Part shown: positions 50,174 to 62,270 of the stretch, one piece after another | Layout: the number at the start of each line of letters is the position of its first letter | Position numbering within the stretch: position 1 is the first letter of the stretch | Assembly (NCBI GenBank): GCA_030141605.1 | Contig: JAQGDQ010000128.1 | Location: 124,001-188,000, forward strand | Direction of reading: 5' to 3' | Source of the DNA: Tubiluchus corallicola | Lineage: Eukaryota > Animalia > Priapulida | DNA length: 64,000 nt | Translations under genes and position numbers: made by a program | The notes under the pieces: model-generated | What the model saw: only the letters and a program-made list of their open reading frames with translations | Database searches by the model: none | What the model was told of the DNA's origin: nothing

Positions 50174-53100
50174 CAAGGATTTGGCGTATGACATCCGCGG
50201 AACATTAAACTTATCACCTCAAGGTGGAAAAGTTAAAGCATTTTTTCTCACGAAAACGTAACAAGTGAAAATACTGATCCTTAAAAGTAGTGCTGTGCCA
50301 AACTGCATATGAATGTGAAAATAATATAATATGACTACGATAATTGTTCGTGTTACAGTTAATTACAGATGTGCAATACAATGCGTTTTTGAAAGCAGCT
50401 GTGGAGTTTGAACTTCTACTGTGCAATTAAAATCTTTATCACTGCTCTAGTGGAAACATGGTAAAACTTCTCAAGTTAGTGACTCTTGTATCAATTAGCT
50501 GCAGTCATAAAAGTGCCAAAGATCCCTTAAGCGTGTGCCATTTTATTTTAAGCCACTTTATTAGAGAATTTTTTAAACATGGTCAACATAATTATAGGTA
50601 TGTTTCAGAAATATGCTTATAGAAATTACACACACAAATACATAACAGAGATTTTTTTATAAAAGTTTAATAACAAAACAGTCTTGTCTTGCTAATATGA
50701 TACATTAATAATTATTAATTGTTTTGCTTCAGTATTTAGCCTACACTGCGTTTTATCATTAGATTAACATAGATTTGCCCATTAAAGTATTCGTTGTTCA
50801 TTATGTTTTATTTATTCACGTTTAGCCTGCATTTTTCGATTTCGATGTATTCTAGTACATTTTGGAAAATTATTTAACTTATTATTGTCCAACTTAGCAG
50901 TCTATTAGTCTGTTATATTCTATAATTATAATTTTATCCGTATTAGTTGAATTTTTAGTATATAGTTTTCATGTGCAAATTTAAGTTTCCTGTTGTATGG
51001 ATTTTCAGTACTATTTAAAAATGCAGTTTGTTTTCATTTGTTGTACATATTGGTTAGTTTTTTGGCTTGTTGACTGTTTATTTATTTAGAATGCTTGTTT
51101 GTTTCTGTTGATGATAGTTATTATGACAGTGTCAGTGCCTACATCAACTTTCAAAACATTAATTTTAATGTTCTCTGCACTTCTATCATATACTCATCAG
51201 AAGTATTTTTCTGTAGAGTTCTCTATCAACTGACCAGAAATAGCTGACTACAAAAAGAATGCATGCTTAGTGCTAAAATATTTCCTTCCCCTGGTACACG
51301 TGGAAAAAGTGATCTTGAGTTCATTTACAGTTTGACCAGGTCTCAGTCCATGATTTGTTATTTCATTCTTTGCTGCTAGATAATTCTTTGTAAAAATAAT
51401 CTAGTATGTTATATTATTATTGTTTGCAGTTGTTGTTTGCATATTATGTACGATGTTAAGTGAGCATTCAATACAATGTTGTTAGAAGTGTTTGTAAATT
51501 TGTTAACAGTGAACATAAATCATTTCCCATTATTCAAACATTTTCGTTAAACGTTTGCAGCATGCGCATCTGTGTAGTATAATACATGGTTTTAACGCAT
51601 GTTTTGCTATAGAACATTACTCTTAATTAAAGTGAAACAATGTTATCAAAAAAATAATCCTAAAATTTAATGTTTATTTTTTTAGAATTATTTTTGTATT
51701 TTTAAGGAAACATAATTGATATTAAATACACATAATTTATATATGACCGTGTGCTGAAAATAAAATTTTATATAAAAGCTTACATGCTAGCTTGGTTGCA
51801 GCTACATATGTATTTTTTCTGTACCTGAATTTATATACATTAACATTGTACATTTTTGTATAACTTTGATTTGGTTTGATTTGTGAATATGTAATAAAAG
51901 TGAGTTATATAATCCATGGTGTTATGCCTATATATGTTTCAACTTTGTTTAAATCTGGAATCACAGTAAATGAGGGACTATTTATGAAATTATTTTTTCA
52001 ATTTTACACTATTGGTTATTTGTCGTTAAGCAACATTAAGCCTAGTCATTAAATGCATAGGTAAGTATAAGGACTCGTGAAGTAATACTCGTTCTGGAAG
52101 ATTTCATTTGTCATATTGCCAATGGATATCTATCTCACTGAGTGAGGATGTACACATGTCTGTTATTTTATCGTTTAATCTTAAGAGACTATCTTTACTA
52201 ACATACAGTGCATTTTTATACTCATTTGCAAAAAGTTGCGAATAAATATTACATATACTACATCTTCGATAAGGAGACAGGTTCAGTGAATTGAGTCCCA
52301 CTACAACTACACGCTCAATACATGATATGATACGCGGTGGCCAGGTAAGCTCCAGCTCGGTAAGTTTCAGATCCCTGACCCCACACGAAATACACAAAAT
52401 TCTGCTAGATTGTGACCAATTTTACTTTTTATTTATTTTCAGTTTTAAAGAATTACAAAGGCAACATGAAGAATTCTTCTACCAATTGACTTGCATTACA
52501 ATATTGTACATCTCCAGAACGTTGCACAATAAATATATACCTGAATGTGTACGTTTAATATGTCTAGTACATAATACATACCTGTACTACAGTTCAACCA
52601 ATGTCTAAATCCGTGTGTTCTGCCGTTAATGCATATTTCTGGTTAGACACGTTTTTATTATTTGCAGCACTTTTTGTTTTCTTAATTTGATGTTGAAGTC
52701 ATTACGCCGTATCTCATGTAATAAACAGTTATTTTCTCTGATAAATGAGCATATTCGTAAGCGACCTACGTATGATGCACATGGGAATATTATTATGCTG
52801 GACACGTAATCTTCTTCGGAATAAAGATGAGCGCTAACTTGTTTGTGTTACGTATCTTTTATGTTTATTTGAACTGCAAAGAATACCAATAAAAGCCAGC
52901 GGCTGTAAGTATTACTTTTTGGAAATAGTTCACGTAACATCGTTAATGATATTGTTTAGGCAAGAGCAAATCTAAAAATAATAGTGTCAGTTATGTTCTA
53001 ATGAAAAAAACGTTCTGAGTAATGCGGTGGTCCATGACACAAAAGTCTTGCTTTTGTTTATGATTTACGCACATTCTGTAAATTTCCGTTGCCTTTATCG

Positions 53101-53888
53101 CTGACGTCCAATTGTTTACAGAAACTGATATCTCCTTTCGCTAGTTAGACCGGCACCTGCATTTCGCAAACGAGTTGCACAATTCAGAGCTGTTCGACAG
53201 CTCATACGTGAGCACAGCGATAAATATGAAATTTGAATTTTTATCTTAAACTTGCCCAATTTTAGTACAACACACTGAATCTGTTTTAGTAGTGCTGTAC
53301 TTCAACTTTCGTTTTTGCAAACACGTACGACGCGCTCATAGAATGTTTTTGCTGTTGAAAATTGTGTTCGTTTGTAATGTCATCAATAAATGGCCTCGCC
53401 CGCCTTTTGTTAAGATCTTAATCTATTACCTAATTATCAGAAGCGCTTTTGCAATATGACTGATGTTGAAATGTATACTTTTTACCGTACTTGAAAGTGG
53501 AGTAGTGTATGAAAAATCATCTAGTCTGCCTTTATCAATACCTAATACCTAAATGAAGTTGTGATTTGGTTGCCCTCTAATCAAAGCGAAAACCATTTCG
53601 AACCAACCAGTTATTATATTTTAAAAGCTTTTTTATTTGGTGACACTTTTATTCTTGCATTGCTGAAATTTTCAGTAATAGATATTTGGGCTGTTTATGT
53701 TAGCAATTTTGCGATTTTTCTATTACCTTTCTAAATTGCATAAATTGTCAGTATGGCAAATGAAGACGTAATGAAGCGAGATTAAAGGTAAACACTCTAA
53801 TTCAAAAGGATGTTATTAGAAAAGGTAAACTAGTTTTAGCCAGCACGACTCAGCCAGAAAACCAAATCAATCGCCTGCAGCACGCAGC

Positions 53889-53925
53889 GCGTGACGTCAC
53901 ATATTTACGTTTCTGGAAATCCGGT
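53889..53925 (+). promoter_or_regulatory. Putative promoter of the small TM-protein gene, with a CRE palindrome
   Basis: GTGACGTCAC at 53891-53900 in a CpG-rich patch, upstream of a candidate first exon ending at donor AAG|gtacga (54064). Confidence 0.5.
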
Positions 53926-54614
53926 TGATTTTACTTTCTGTCGGTCTCTCTGCTACCCTAACGCCTTGTAGGAGATAATAAAAAGTGAGCAGAAGCGCAA
54001 AACGCGAGGGAGGTACGGAGGGCCTTGACGTGCTTGATTTAATGTCGCGGTTAAATACTCAAGGTACGAGTTTCTCCAATGATTCAATGCATCAGACTTC
54101 CTGCGAATAATACAATTTGTTTACTATAGTCATTATCTGACTAAAACATCGAAAGGAACGGCGAAATAAATGTGATCTATTTCGATTGATCATCAAAATT
54201 AGTATACAAGTTTAGAGTTTACAACACTTATTACTGGGAATCGTTAAAACAATAATGCTAAGGCATTTTATAACCTGTTTCACAAGTGACTGCGATTTCT
54301 GTACGCTATAATAGTACAAGCAGTGCGTGTTAGCGACATTGTTGCTGAGAACAATCGACATTGAATGAGATCTTCTTCACACAGAACAGTCGTCTTCATT
54401 CTCTCTTTGTTACCCGATTCGATTGTGTTACTTGACCACCTGGTGTAAACGCACCTACACAAAGTCTGCAAGGCGTTCTCATGAGATCTTTGTTAGGAGG
54501 CTGCAAATGTGCATGGAAGTATATGTAATAGACCACTACTAGCAGCAATAGGTGCAGAACACTCAGATGGTGGTTGTAATATTATAATAAACATTAAAGA
54601 AATTACAGATTTCG

Positions 54615-54771
54615 ATGGCAAGTAAAGATTCATCATTGCCACCATTGGAAATAGCTTCCATAGCTATTGTTAGTGGTGTAACTATGATGCTAACCGTGGT
54701 TTTGTTTGTTACCATAATCGTAATTCACAGGAAGTGCAGAAAGGAGGCAACGCGTCCAGAGGCATTTTCTG
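54615..54771 (+). CDS. Uncharacterised 117-aa single-pass membrane protein, coding exon 1
   Basis: Acceptor ttacAG at 54607-54608. Reads MASKDSSLPPLEIASIAIVSGVTMMLTVVLFVTIIVIHRKCRKEATRPEAFS, a TM helix plus basic stop-transfer. Donor G|gtatgt, phase 1. Confidence 0.78.
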
Positions 54772-55203
54772 GTATGTATGTACATGTAAATATTTATATA
54801 CTTAGCTTAGCTCAGCCAAGTCTGCAATTGTTAATAACCACATATGATTTTTTGCGCCAATTCTATTTTTTCCGGCGTATACGTTATTCCTGAAATTCGG
54901 CCGCAGTTTGTTGGATTCTGAGCTAGTTATATATAAGCATGCAAAATAATTAAATATAAAATCACTGTGCATGTACATAATTAAGCTCGTTGTATTCTCA
55001 ATTTGGCTCACCTTTGAAGTGGCTCGCTAACCACTTTGACAATGAAAGTAGCTTATTTCCGAAATTATTAATTCAGATTGAAAAATTTTGCTCCTTTTGC
55101 CGATTATTTAACTTAAGAGCTGAGCATATGTTATGACATTACCTTTAATCCTGTTAGTGCAATTAAATAATTAAAGATACCACTCTATACAGGTACTCCA
55201 TGA

Positions 55204-55740
55204 TATCGTGAAAGAAACAACTTTTATTTAAAAACTTTAAAACATAAAATCATTAAAACGTGAAACAAACGTTTCGTCTGCACGCTAGCAGTCGTCTTCA
55301 CTGTGATGAGCTTACAAATAGTAAACAGTTTTATGCGCAAAATCTACATGAAGATGACTAATTATTCACATCGAGCGAAAGATGAAGTAAAACAGATCTG
55401 TAGAGAAACAGCTATGCAGTAAAACTATATTTATGTGTTTGAAAACAAAGATATTGTATGTGACACGAATGATACATGGATAAACTTCCTTTTTATTAAC
55501 AGACTGCAGTTATTAGTAGATCTGGCCAGAATGTTAAAATGATTAAAGTCAGCTTTGCGGCCAGACGCGCAAATATAATCATCAATGCTGTATAGATGAG
55601 GATTGAGATTTTTAGTTTCTTGCCACTTTCAGACGAAATACTCAGATGTTCACACATTTTTAAACATTGTACTACAGTAGGCAGCATTGCAGCTGCTAAA
55701 CTATAAACCATGCGAGATTATAAAAAAGTGGGTATTTTGA
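55204..55740 (-). mobile_element. Penelope-like element, inverted 3' part (GIY-YIG remnant and terminal repeat)
   Basis: Minus-strand pieces KIPTFL*SRMVYS / SCNAAYC / EHLSISSESGKKLK / SIDDYICASGRKADFNHFNILARSTNNCSLLIKGSL. Followed by a hammerhead-like motif and AATAAAAGTTGTTTCTTTCACGATA. Confidence 0.72.
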
Positions 55741-56039
55741 CTTTAAATGGTAAGAAAGAATATAAATTATTGCCAGATTTTAAAATAATGTATAACTGAA
55801 TATGATGGTAAAGTTGCTTAGCCATACGACTCATCTTGTTCTTCACTTGCAACTAGCAGACTGTGTGAGTCAATACATTATTTTTTGAAAGTAGACTGGA
55901 CGATGATTTTTTTTAAAAACGTTATTAGGTTTTTTATGGTTAGGTCAATTAACCACACTGTTAGAAATCCAAAAAAACTTTATTAGTATTAAATTATTCA
56001 TGAAATTTCTGATATGTTAGTAATGTAAGTAATAAAAAG

Positions 56040-57545
56040 CTGTATGTACTAAAAATCAAATTTAAAAGTTTCCAAAATGCTGCAAGTACCAGTATCAAGA
56101 ACAGAAAAAATTTGTGTGGCTAATACATTAGGTTTGTGTAAGTTTATCAGGTTTAGAACCGTTGGCCATGTGGTTGTAATCCAGGTATTCTGTCTGGTTT
56201 TCCAAAAGTACACAAAACCTGATATACTAGCAAGACCAATTCTTTCTGATCTTGGTACTGTCACTTAAGCTATTTCTAAATTTTTAGTACCTGTTCGTGA
56301 ATCCCTTACCAGTAAGGAATATACTGTTAAAGATTCATTCAGCTTAGTTAGAGAAATTTCATCTTTGAACATTTGCAGTGCACTTGTTATGACCAGTCTC
56401 TTTATTTGCATCCTACTTGATGAACCATCGCTATCTGCTTTCGTTCTCTCTTTAGTAATGCTGATCTTGGGTAATCTTAACTCACGCCAGTTTCGCCATC
56501 TATTGGAGGTTTCTGTAAAAAACGTACATTTTTTTTGCTGAAAAAACTTATTAGGTGTTAAACGGACTCTAATAAGAAATAAAACAGCCAAAATATCGAA
56601 ACGTCCAGAATAAATTTTATGGCTATGTTTACTGCTTCTTTGGTGTTATGAACAAATTCAATGAGCTGAGATGGGTTTACGTCTAGGACGTACTTTTGCT
56701 AAAGTGTTTATGACCTATTATGAAAACATAGCTTAACAATTGTCCTAAAAGTTTAAACCTGTATTCTATAAACGTTATGTAGATGACACTAATTGTTGTT
56801 CAAATCTATGAACCGTATACCTTTGTTTTTAGATTATTTAAACTAGTGTTGCCCTTGCATGAAATTTGGTTTCTGAATTGAAAAACTAATGGTTCTTTAT
56901 GTTTTCTAGATATACTGCTTCATTATGTTCATGATAGAATTTCTACATCTGTCTTTAGAAAAAGTACGCGTTTACAGATCTATTTGCTGATTTTAAATCT
57001 TTCACTTGCAAACAGTTCAAATGCAATCCGGTTCAAACTTTGTACATAGAGCTTTTATGTATATCATATCAGAAATTTTCATGGAGAAGTTAATATTACA
57101 AAACGTTTTTTAGTTTCTAACAGATTTCCAATGTCTTTAATTGACTTACCCATCAAAAATATCTTAATACAGTTTTTTCCAAAAACAAATCACCGTACAA
57201 TCTGTTTCCAAAAAATATTTAACTATATTACAACGATTCATTGGTTACAGCTTAAACTTTATTTATTTGTAGTGGATTTACAAAACAGCCTGCGTCTGAT
57301 ACAGGTATCTCCACGAAGTTGGTTATCAGTCTTTGCAAAGAGAAGAACAAAATCAGTTATTTGATTAAGCAATTTTACCCTCAAATTCGGTTACACATTA
57401 TTTTAAAATCTGGCAATAGCTTAGGTCCTTTCCTTCCATTCAAAGACATAAATACACATTGCTAACCTATGTAGTCGAAATGTTTGTCATGATTTATTAT
57501 TTTCATGTTATACAGTTTTTAATAAAAGTTGTTTCTTTCATGATA
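56040..57545 (+). mobile_element. Penelope-like element, decayed reverse transcriptase and partial terminal repeat
   Basis: Pieces KYTKPDILARPILSDLGT, EYTVKDSFSLVREI, MGLRLGRTFAKVFM, FKPVFYKRYVDDT (~56752-56790), FLDILL, STSVFRKST and FLPFKD, with many frameshifts. End 57514-57545 is the reverse complement of 55204-55236. Confidence 0.85.
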
Positions 57546-57681
57546 AGCATAAAGACATTTGTTCTCTTTATTGAAAACATTGAACATTTCAATTCCGTTT
57601 ATCAAAAGCTTCAAATAGATCATTAGTTTTTTACATATATATTTTTCTCTAAATTTTGAACCCAGTCATTTTATTTTTCAG

Positions 57682-57878
57682 GTAACCAGTCAAGAAACAG
57701 ACTATTTTCTCGTAGAACAATGTATGCTACCACTGAGTGCCAGAAGACGCTGGCCAGTTTAGATCACGTGGTGGATCATAAAACCGCTCCCATACCTCAC
57801 ATAGATGTTCCAGACATACCTGTTGAGTACGATGACGTGTTTTTTGTTGACAATGAGACCCTTGTCGTGCCAAGCTAG
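57682..57878 (+). CDS. Uncharacterised 117-aa single-pass membrane protein, coding exon 2 (cytoplasmic tail)
   Basis: ttatttttcAG acceptor, phase 1. Reads GNQSRNRLFSRRTMYATTECQKTLASLDHVVDHKTAPIPHIDVPDIPVEYDDVFFVDNETLVVPS*, open for 65 codons in the phase required by the previous exon. Confidence 0.72.
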
Positions 57879-60800
57879 CAAATACTTGCAGTTGTACTAA
57901 ATAAGTACAGTAGCAGTAAAACACAGCGAGAGTGAACCCCAACACTATAATGTAAAGAACTGCATCAACAATTACTTGAACAATTACTGTTTTCAGCAAG
58001 TTGCTAGCGAACAGATCGGCTAAATTGGCACTGGATGCAGACGGTCATAAAGCGTCTATATAATATTATAGGTTTATGTATTTTTGTGTTTGTTGCTAAA
58101 CTGTTTTATTATTTGATATGGCATAACCTTTTTGTAATTCGTAAATCCAGTTAATACTGTTGCTGTATTTACTATACAAATCATAAAATGAACTGGTACA
58201 AATTAAAGGAGTAATGCGTGTTAACATACAAAAAATAGGGCCCTCACTATAAACAACCACCTGTTAAAAATGGCGTTGATGGTAGGCCTATGATGGTGCT
58301 AATTTATTATTGTTGTTTAATTAGGTAATATTTTGATAACGTTGTGCATGCTGTGTGTTGGCATATAAATCATATTTCGTTTTCTAAGTTTGTTTTCTAG
58401 AAAATGTGTTAGTAGACGAATATAAAGTTTGTTTATTAACATTTACTTTTTGTTGTGTTATAGTTATTGTTATAGACCTAAACTTCAGTATTCCTTTGAA
58501 TGTTATCCACGAAGACATTATACGTGATAGCAGTTCGTGTTCTTATTATTGATGTAGATGCAGTGTAAGCAGGTTCTAAAGTTGGAGTAGCAGGTCCATA
58601 TAGATTCATTACCCGTTTTTACATTAGAGTATGATTCTCTAGCTTACACAGTGCAATTTTGTTGTTAAATTACTGTCTTCCCCATTGTTAAATTACTGTC
58701 TTCCCCAGATGTTAGTTAAAATTCAACGACTAAGAAATTATTTATCTTGAAATTCCGTGTGTAAAATAAATCATATTTAACAACAAAATTGTAGGCTTGA
58801 GAAACATACTTTACTCTCAGTTTACAGCCCAAGTACAGAAATATGGAAGTTTATGTGTTCTTGTTTTGTATTCAAGCCACAGTGAAGTCTTTATGGAAGT
58901 GCGTAACTTAAAATCGAAACACAATAAAAAAGTTTACAATATGCTTTAGTTTAGATCTCAACAAATAAGACAAACGAACGTTATGTGATTAAAATTCAAA
59001 CGCAGAATGAAAGCAAGACAAAGCCATGTAAAAATGCGTAAAACAATCACAGCATCTCTTATACATGGGCTTATAAATTTTAGCAAAATTAGGCTAAGAT
59101 ACCGATGGCCACAAACGTATTATATGAGATTGGACATTTAGTTCAAGAAAACTGAGAGTTCAGTCAAATAATGCGTCCACAACTGAACTAAATATTGTTG
59201 ACGCTCTGATCAATGCCAATTTCATACTAGGCTAACTTTAATTTCACAACCGTGGTATGTAACTACATTATTTTAGCTACATGATTTTTAGGCTGTATCA
59301 TGAACTGACCTAGATGTGTAGACAATTCACCTTTTCAATGTGGTTCTCCTCAATTCAAAATTACTAAAATGGCATAAATAATATTTATAAGACTGGAAAA
59401 ATCACAGCAGAGCCTGAATCTGTAGTAGCTCAAAAAATAAATTATAACACTTAACCAGTTTGGTTTAAAAAATTAATAATTCTTGAGCTGCTGATTCATG
59501 GCTGGAACGCTGGTGATGTTGTAAACTTGTAACTTCTCTTGTGTGAATTATAGCATTGAATTCTTTTATTTTCTTTCTTTACCCATTTGCTAATGTTAAA
59601 CTGCAGTGCTATCTCATAAGTAATGTGTTGCGGATTGTATTTGATAAATTTACCTAATTTTTTTATAAAATTTTAACGTATGTAATTAATTGTTAGTTTT
59701 GCTGCATAACAAAACAATTCATATAGTCAGTACAATGAAAATTTTTGTTTTCGTCTTATCCAAAGTATTTATCATTAACTCGTAAGCATGATCAACTTTC
59801 GCTCAAAGTTAATATGTCAACTTCTTTTGTTGTTTCTGCAAAATTTATGTTACACCATATTCAATAAACCCGCTCCTATTATAAAATTTTTTATTTTGAG
59901 TTGCAAATGTCATTGTAATTGTATTAATCTTAAAATTTAATGATGTTCCTCCAATTAAACTGTCAAATGTAAACTACATGCCACCAGTGTCCAATGATCA
60001 TTCTCTGTACCCAGTAAAGGGTAGCCTTTCTCTGGCTTTTGTAATTTTTGGCTGTAATCATTCTTCTTGGCCTTATTTATTGAACCTGGTAATAGTTGTT
60101 CTACAGTGCGCAAAAAGAGATAAATAAAAATAACTGAATAAGAATTGACGCGCAACAAAACGTCACAACAAGGAAGTGAAACATATGCTCAGGGGAGACG
60201 TCATTCCTTTGCTTCCCTCACTAGTGTAGAGAGTAATGAATTTTTTACCACATAGCTTTTAATACGTCTCTGTGGTATTTTTGTGCAAAGAGATGATCGA
60301 GAATCACTATAGCATAATTGATGCTCTCATTCTGTAGCAAAACATAGCGTTCCCTTGATATAAACTTTTTTTCAAAATGATTGCATCCACATTCTACACA
60401 ATTTCAAATTTGAAATATTTTTATAGGTAAAACTATCATTTAAAATTAACTTTTTAATTTCGAACGACAAAGAGAGCCCCACAAATTTTTGGTCAGACTC
60501 TGCTACAAGGTAGCACCAATTTCTCTTTTAATAATACATGTAATAACAATTCATCCTAAAAGAATGTTTACCAGTCAAGTTAGGTTGGCTGGTAGCACAA
60601 AAGTGATGAAGAAATTCATGAATTCTTTACTCAAAATACTCAGTTGCTAATTTGTCAGTGTTAATGTTGGAAGATTTCTTTCAAATAGGGGAAGTAGTTA
60701 CGATGTGCGTTTAGCGACCAAAGTTAAATAATGTGGAGCATGGTCAGTAAATGGATATAAGTGACTGCTGGGAAAGTAGATTCAACTAGAGCAGTTTCAT

Positions 60801-61120
60801 CTGCTCTAACGTTTTGCATCATCGAGAAAGATGCACAACCAACCGAACGTGAATACAGTTGCTGATCTTGGATGATAATAATAAGATTAACTGGTTAAGA
60901 CATGGAATGACAGAACTGTCATTTAGCATATGGCGTATGGAATCGAAGACTAAAGTCACTGTGTACTTATTGTCGTAGGCTATTGCGTAGGCTGCAGGTT
61001 AATCATATCCACAATGGACTTGTAAACCGTCCTGTCACTTGCCGGCCTTGTGATCCTGCTACTAACAGCTTCACAAAGCTTTCATGGCTTCTCATGTTAG
61101 CAAGATATTGACGAAATCTT

Positions 61121-61132
61121 CATGACGTCATG
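61121..61132 (+). promoter_or_regulatory. CRE palindrome in the putative PC2 promoter
   Basis: CATGACGTCATG about 160 bp upstream of the PC2 ATG. Confidence 0.55.
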
Positions 61133-61287
61133 CCAGCCTGTTACGCACGCGCCGTGATATTAAATTTTTCTCATCCACCATACTGTTGATTTCTGTCGTG
61201 AAGAATAATAATTGAAAAATCTGTCACATATTGTAGCAAGGAAAAGGACAGAAAAAAGACGACGACTGGGCAGTGCTAGTCCGTAGC

Positions 61288-61461
61288 ATGGCAAAAGGAT
61301 GCCTGGTTTTGTGGACTAATGTGTTTATTTCTTGTATTGTTATTATAAAATGTCATAAAGAAGTCTTCACTAATAGTTTCTTAGTGCAGCTAAACGAAAA
61401 CGGTGGCGACAGGCTCGCCAATGATGTAGCAAAAAGAAATGGATTTATTAATCTAGGACCG
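61288..61461 (+). CDS. PCSK2: Prohormone convertase 2 (PC2/amontillado-like), coding exon 1; gene continues beyond the window
   Basis: Reads MAKGCLVLWTNVFISCIVIIKCHKEVFTNSFLVQLNENGGDRLANDVAKRNGFINLGP: a signal peptide plus S8 prodomain start, with the VFTNSFLV and VA..(N/Y)GF.NLGP motifs of invertebrate PC2. Donor CCG|gtgggt, phase 0. Confidence 0.88.
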
Positions 61462-62099
61462 GTGGGTGTACAGTTTAACATTATTATTAAAATGTCACCA
61501 TAAAACTTGTGTCACATAATATCACGATAGTATATACGATCTAACTGGCATAGTTCTGCACCGTGTTTGTGATGCAGAATACAATATTACTAATAGGTTC
61601 TTGAGTCTTGAATGTTTGCGGGCCTCACGTCTCACTCGGTATTATCATTATTTTTCATTTAGTGCCTTTGTCATAAACGTAAAATACCACTAAGATTTAT
61701 CTTAAACAAAAAATTACGGCAGGATTCTTTGAATGGCTTTAAAAATAATTCATTTGAATGGTTTTAAATACATAAAGCAAAATTAAAAGCAAATGCACTT
61801 GCATTCGTGCACGACTATGGCGAAATGGCACAGCTGCATTGTAGACTTAATTTCCTAAGCACATTATGAAAAATGGAACTCGAACAAGTTTTTTGAAAAA
61901 CGTCGCTTTTTTATCTATTTTGAAGTTTAAAGTTTGTCAGTACACTTCGGGGCACTTAAAACTTATTGCTAAACTCATTACAATATACCAAATATATGAT
62001 TCTTAAATATATACAATATACATTTAGTAAGATATATACAAATGTATTAAATATGCTACAATATATATACTCTAAATAAATATGCATTCAACATATATT

Positions 62100-62183
62100 C
62101 AATATATACAATATATACATACATATATATATATATATATATATGTATATATGTAAACACACACACACATATATATATATTCA

Positions 62184-62227
<44 letters not shown>

Positions 62228-62270
62228 TGAATATATATATATGTGTGTGTGTGTTTATATATATATATAC
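62100..62270. repeat. (TA)n/(CA)n microsatellite arranged as a palindrome
   Basis: aaacacacacacac-atatatatatattcaatatatac-(at)n-gtatatattgaatatatatatat-gtgtgtgtgtgttt is self-complementary over about 62155-62256. Confidence 0.88.

Noticed and set aside
49678-54625. TM exon at 54609 as an alternative membrane anchor of the TNFR-like gene
   Set aside because: A phase-1 join reads NFDGK*, not the TM frame, and the TM gene has its own promoter-like region.
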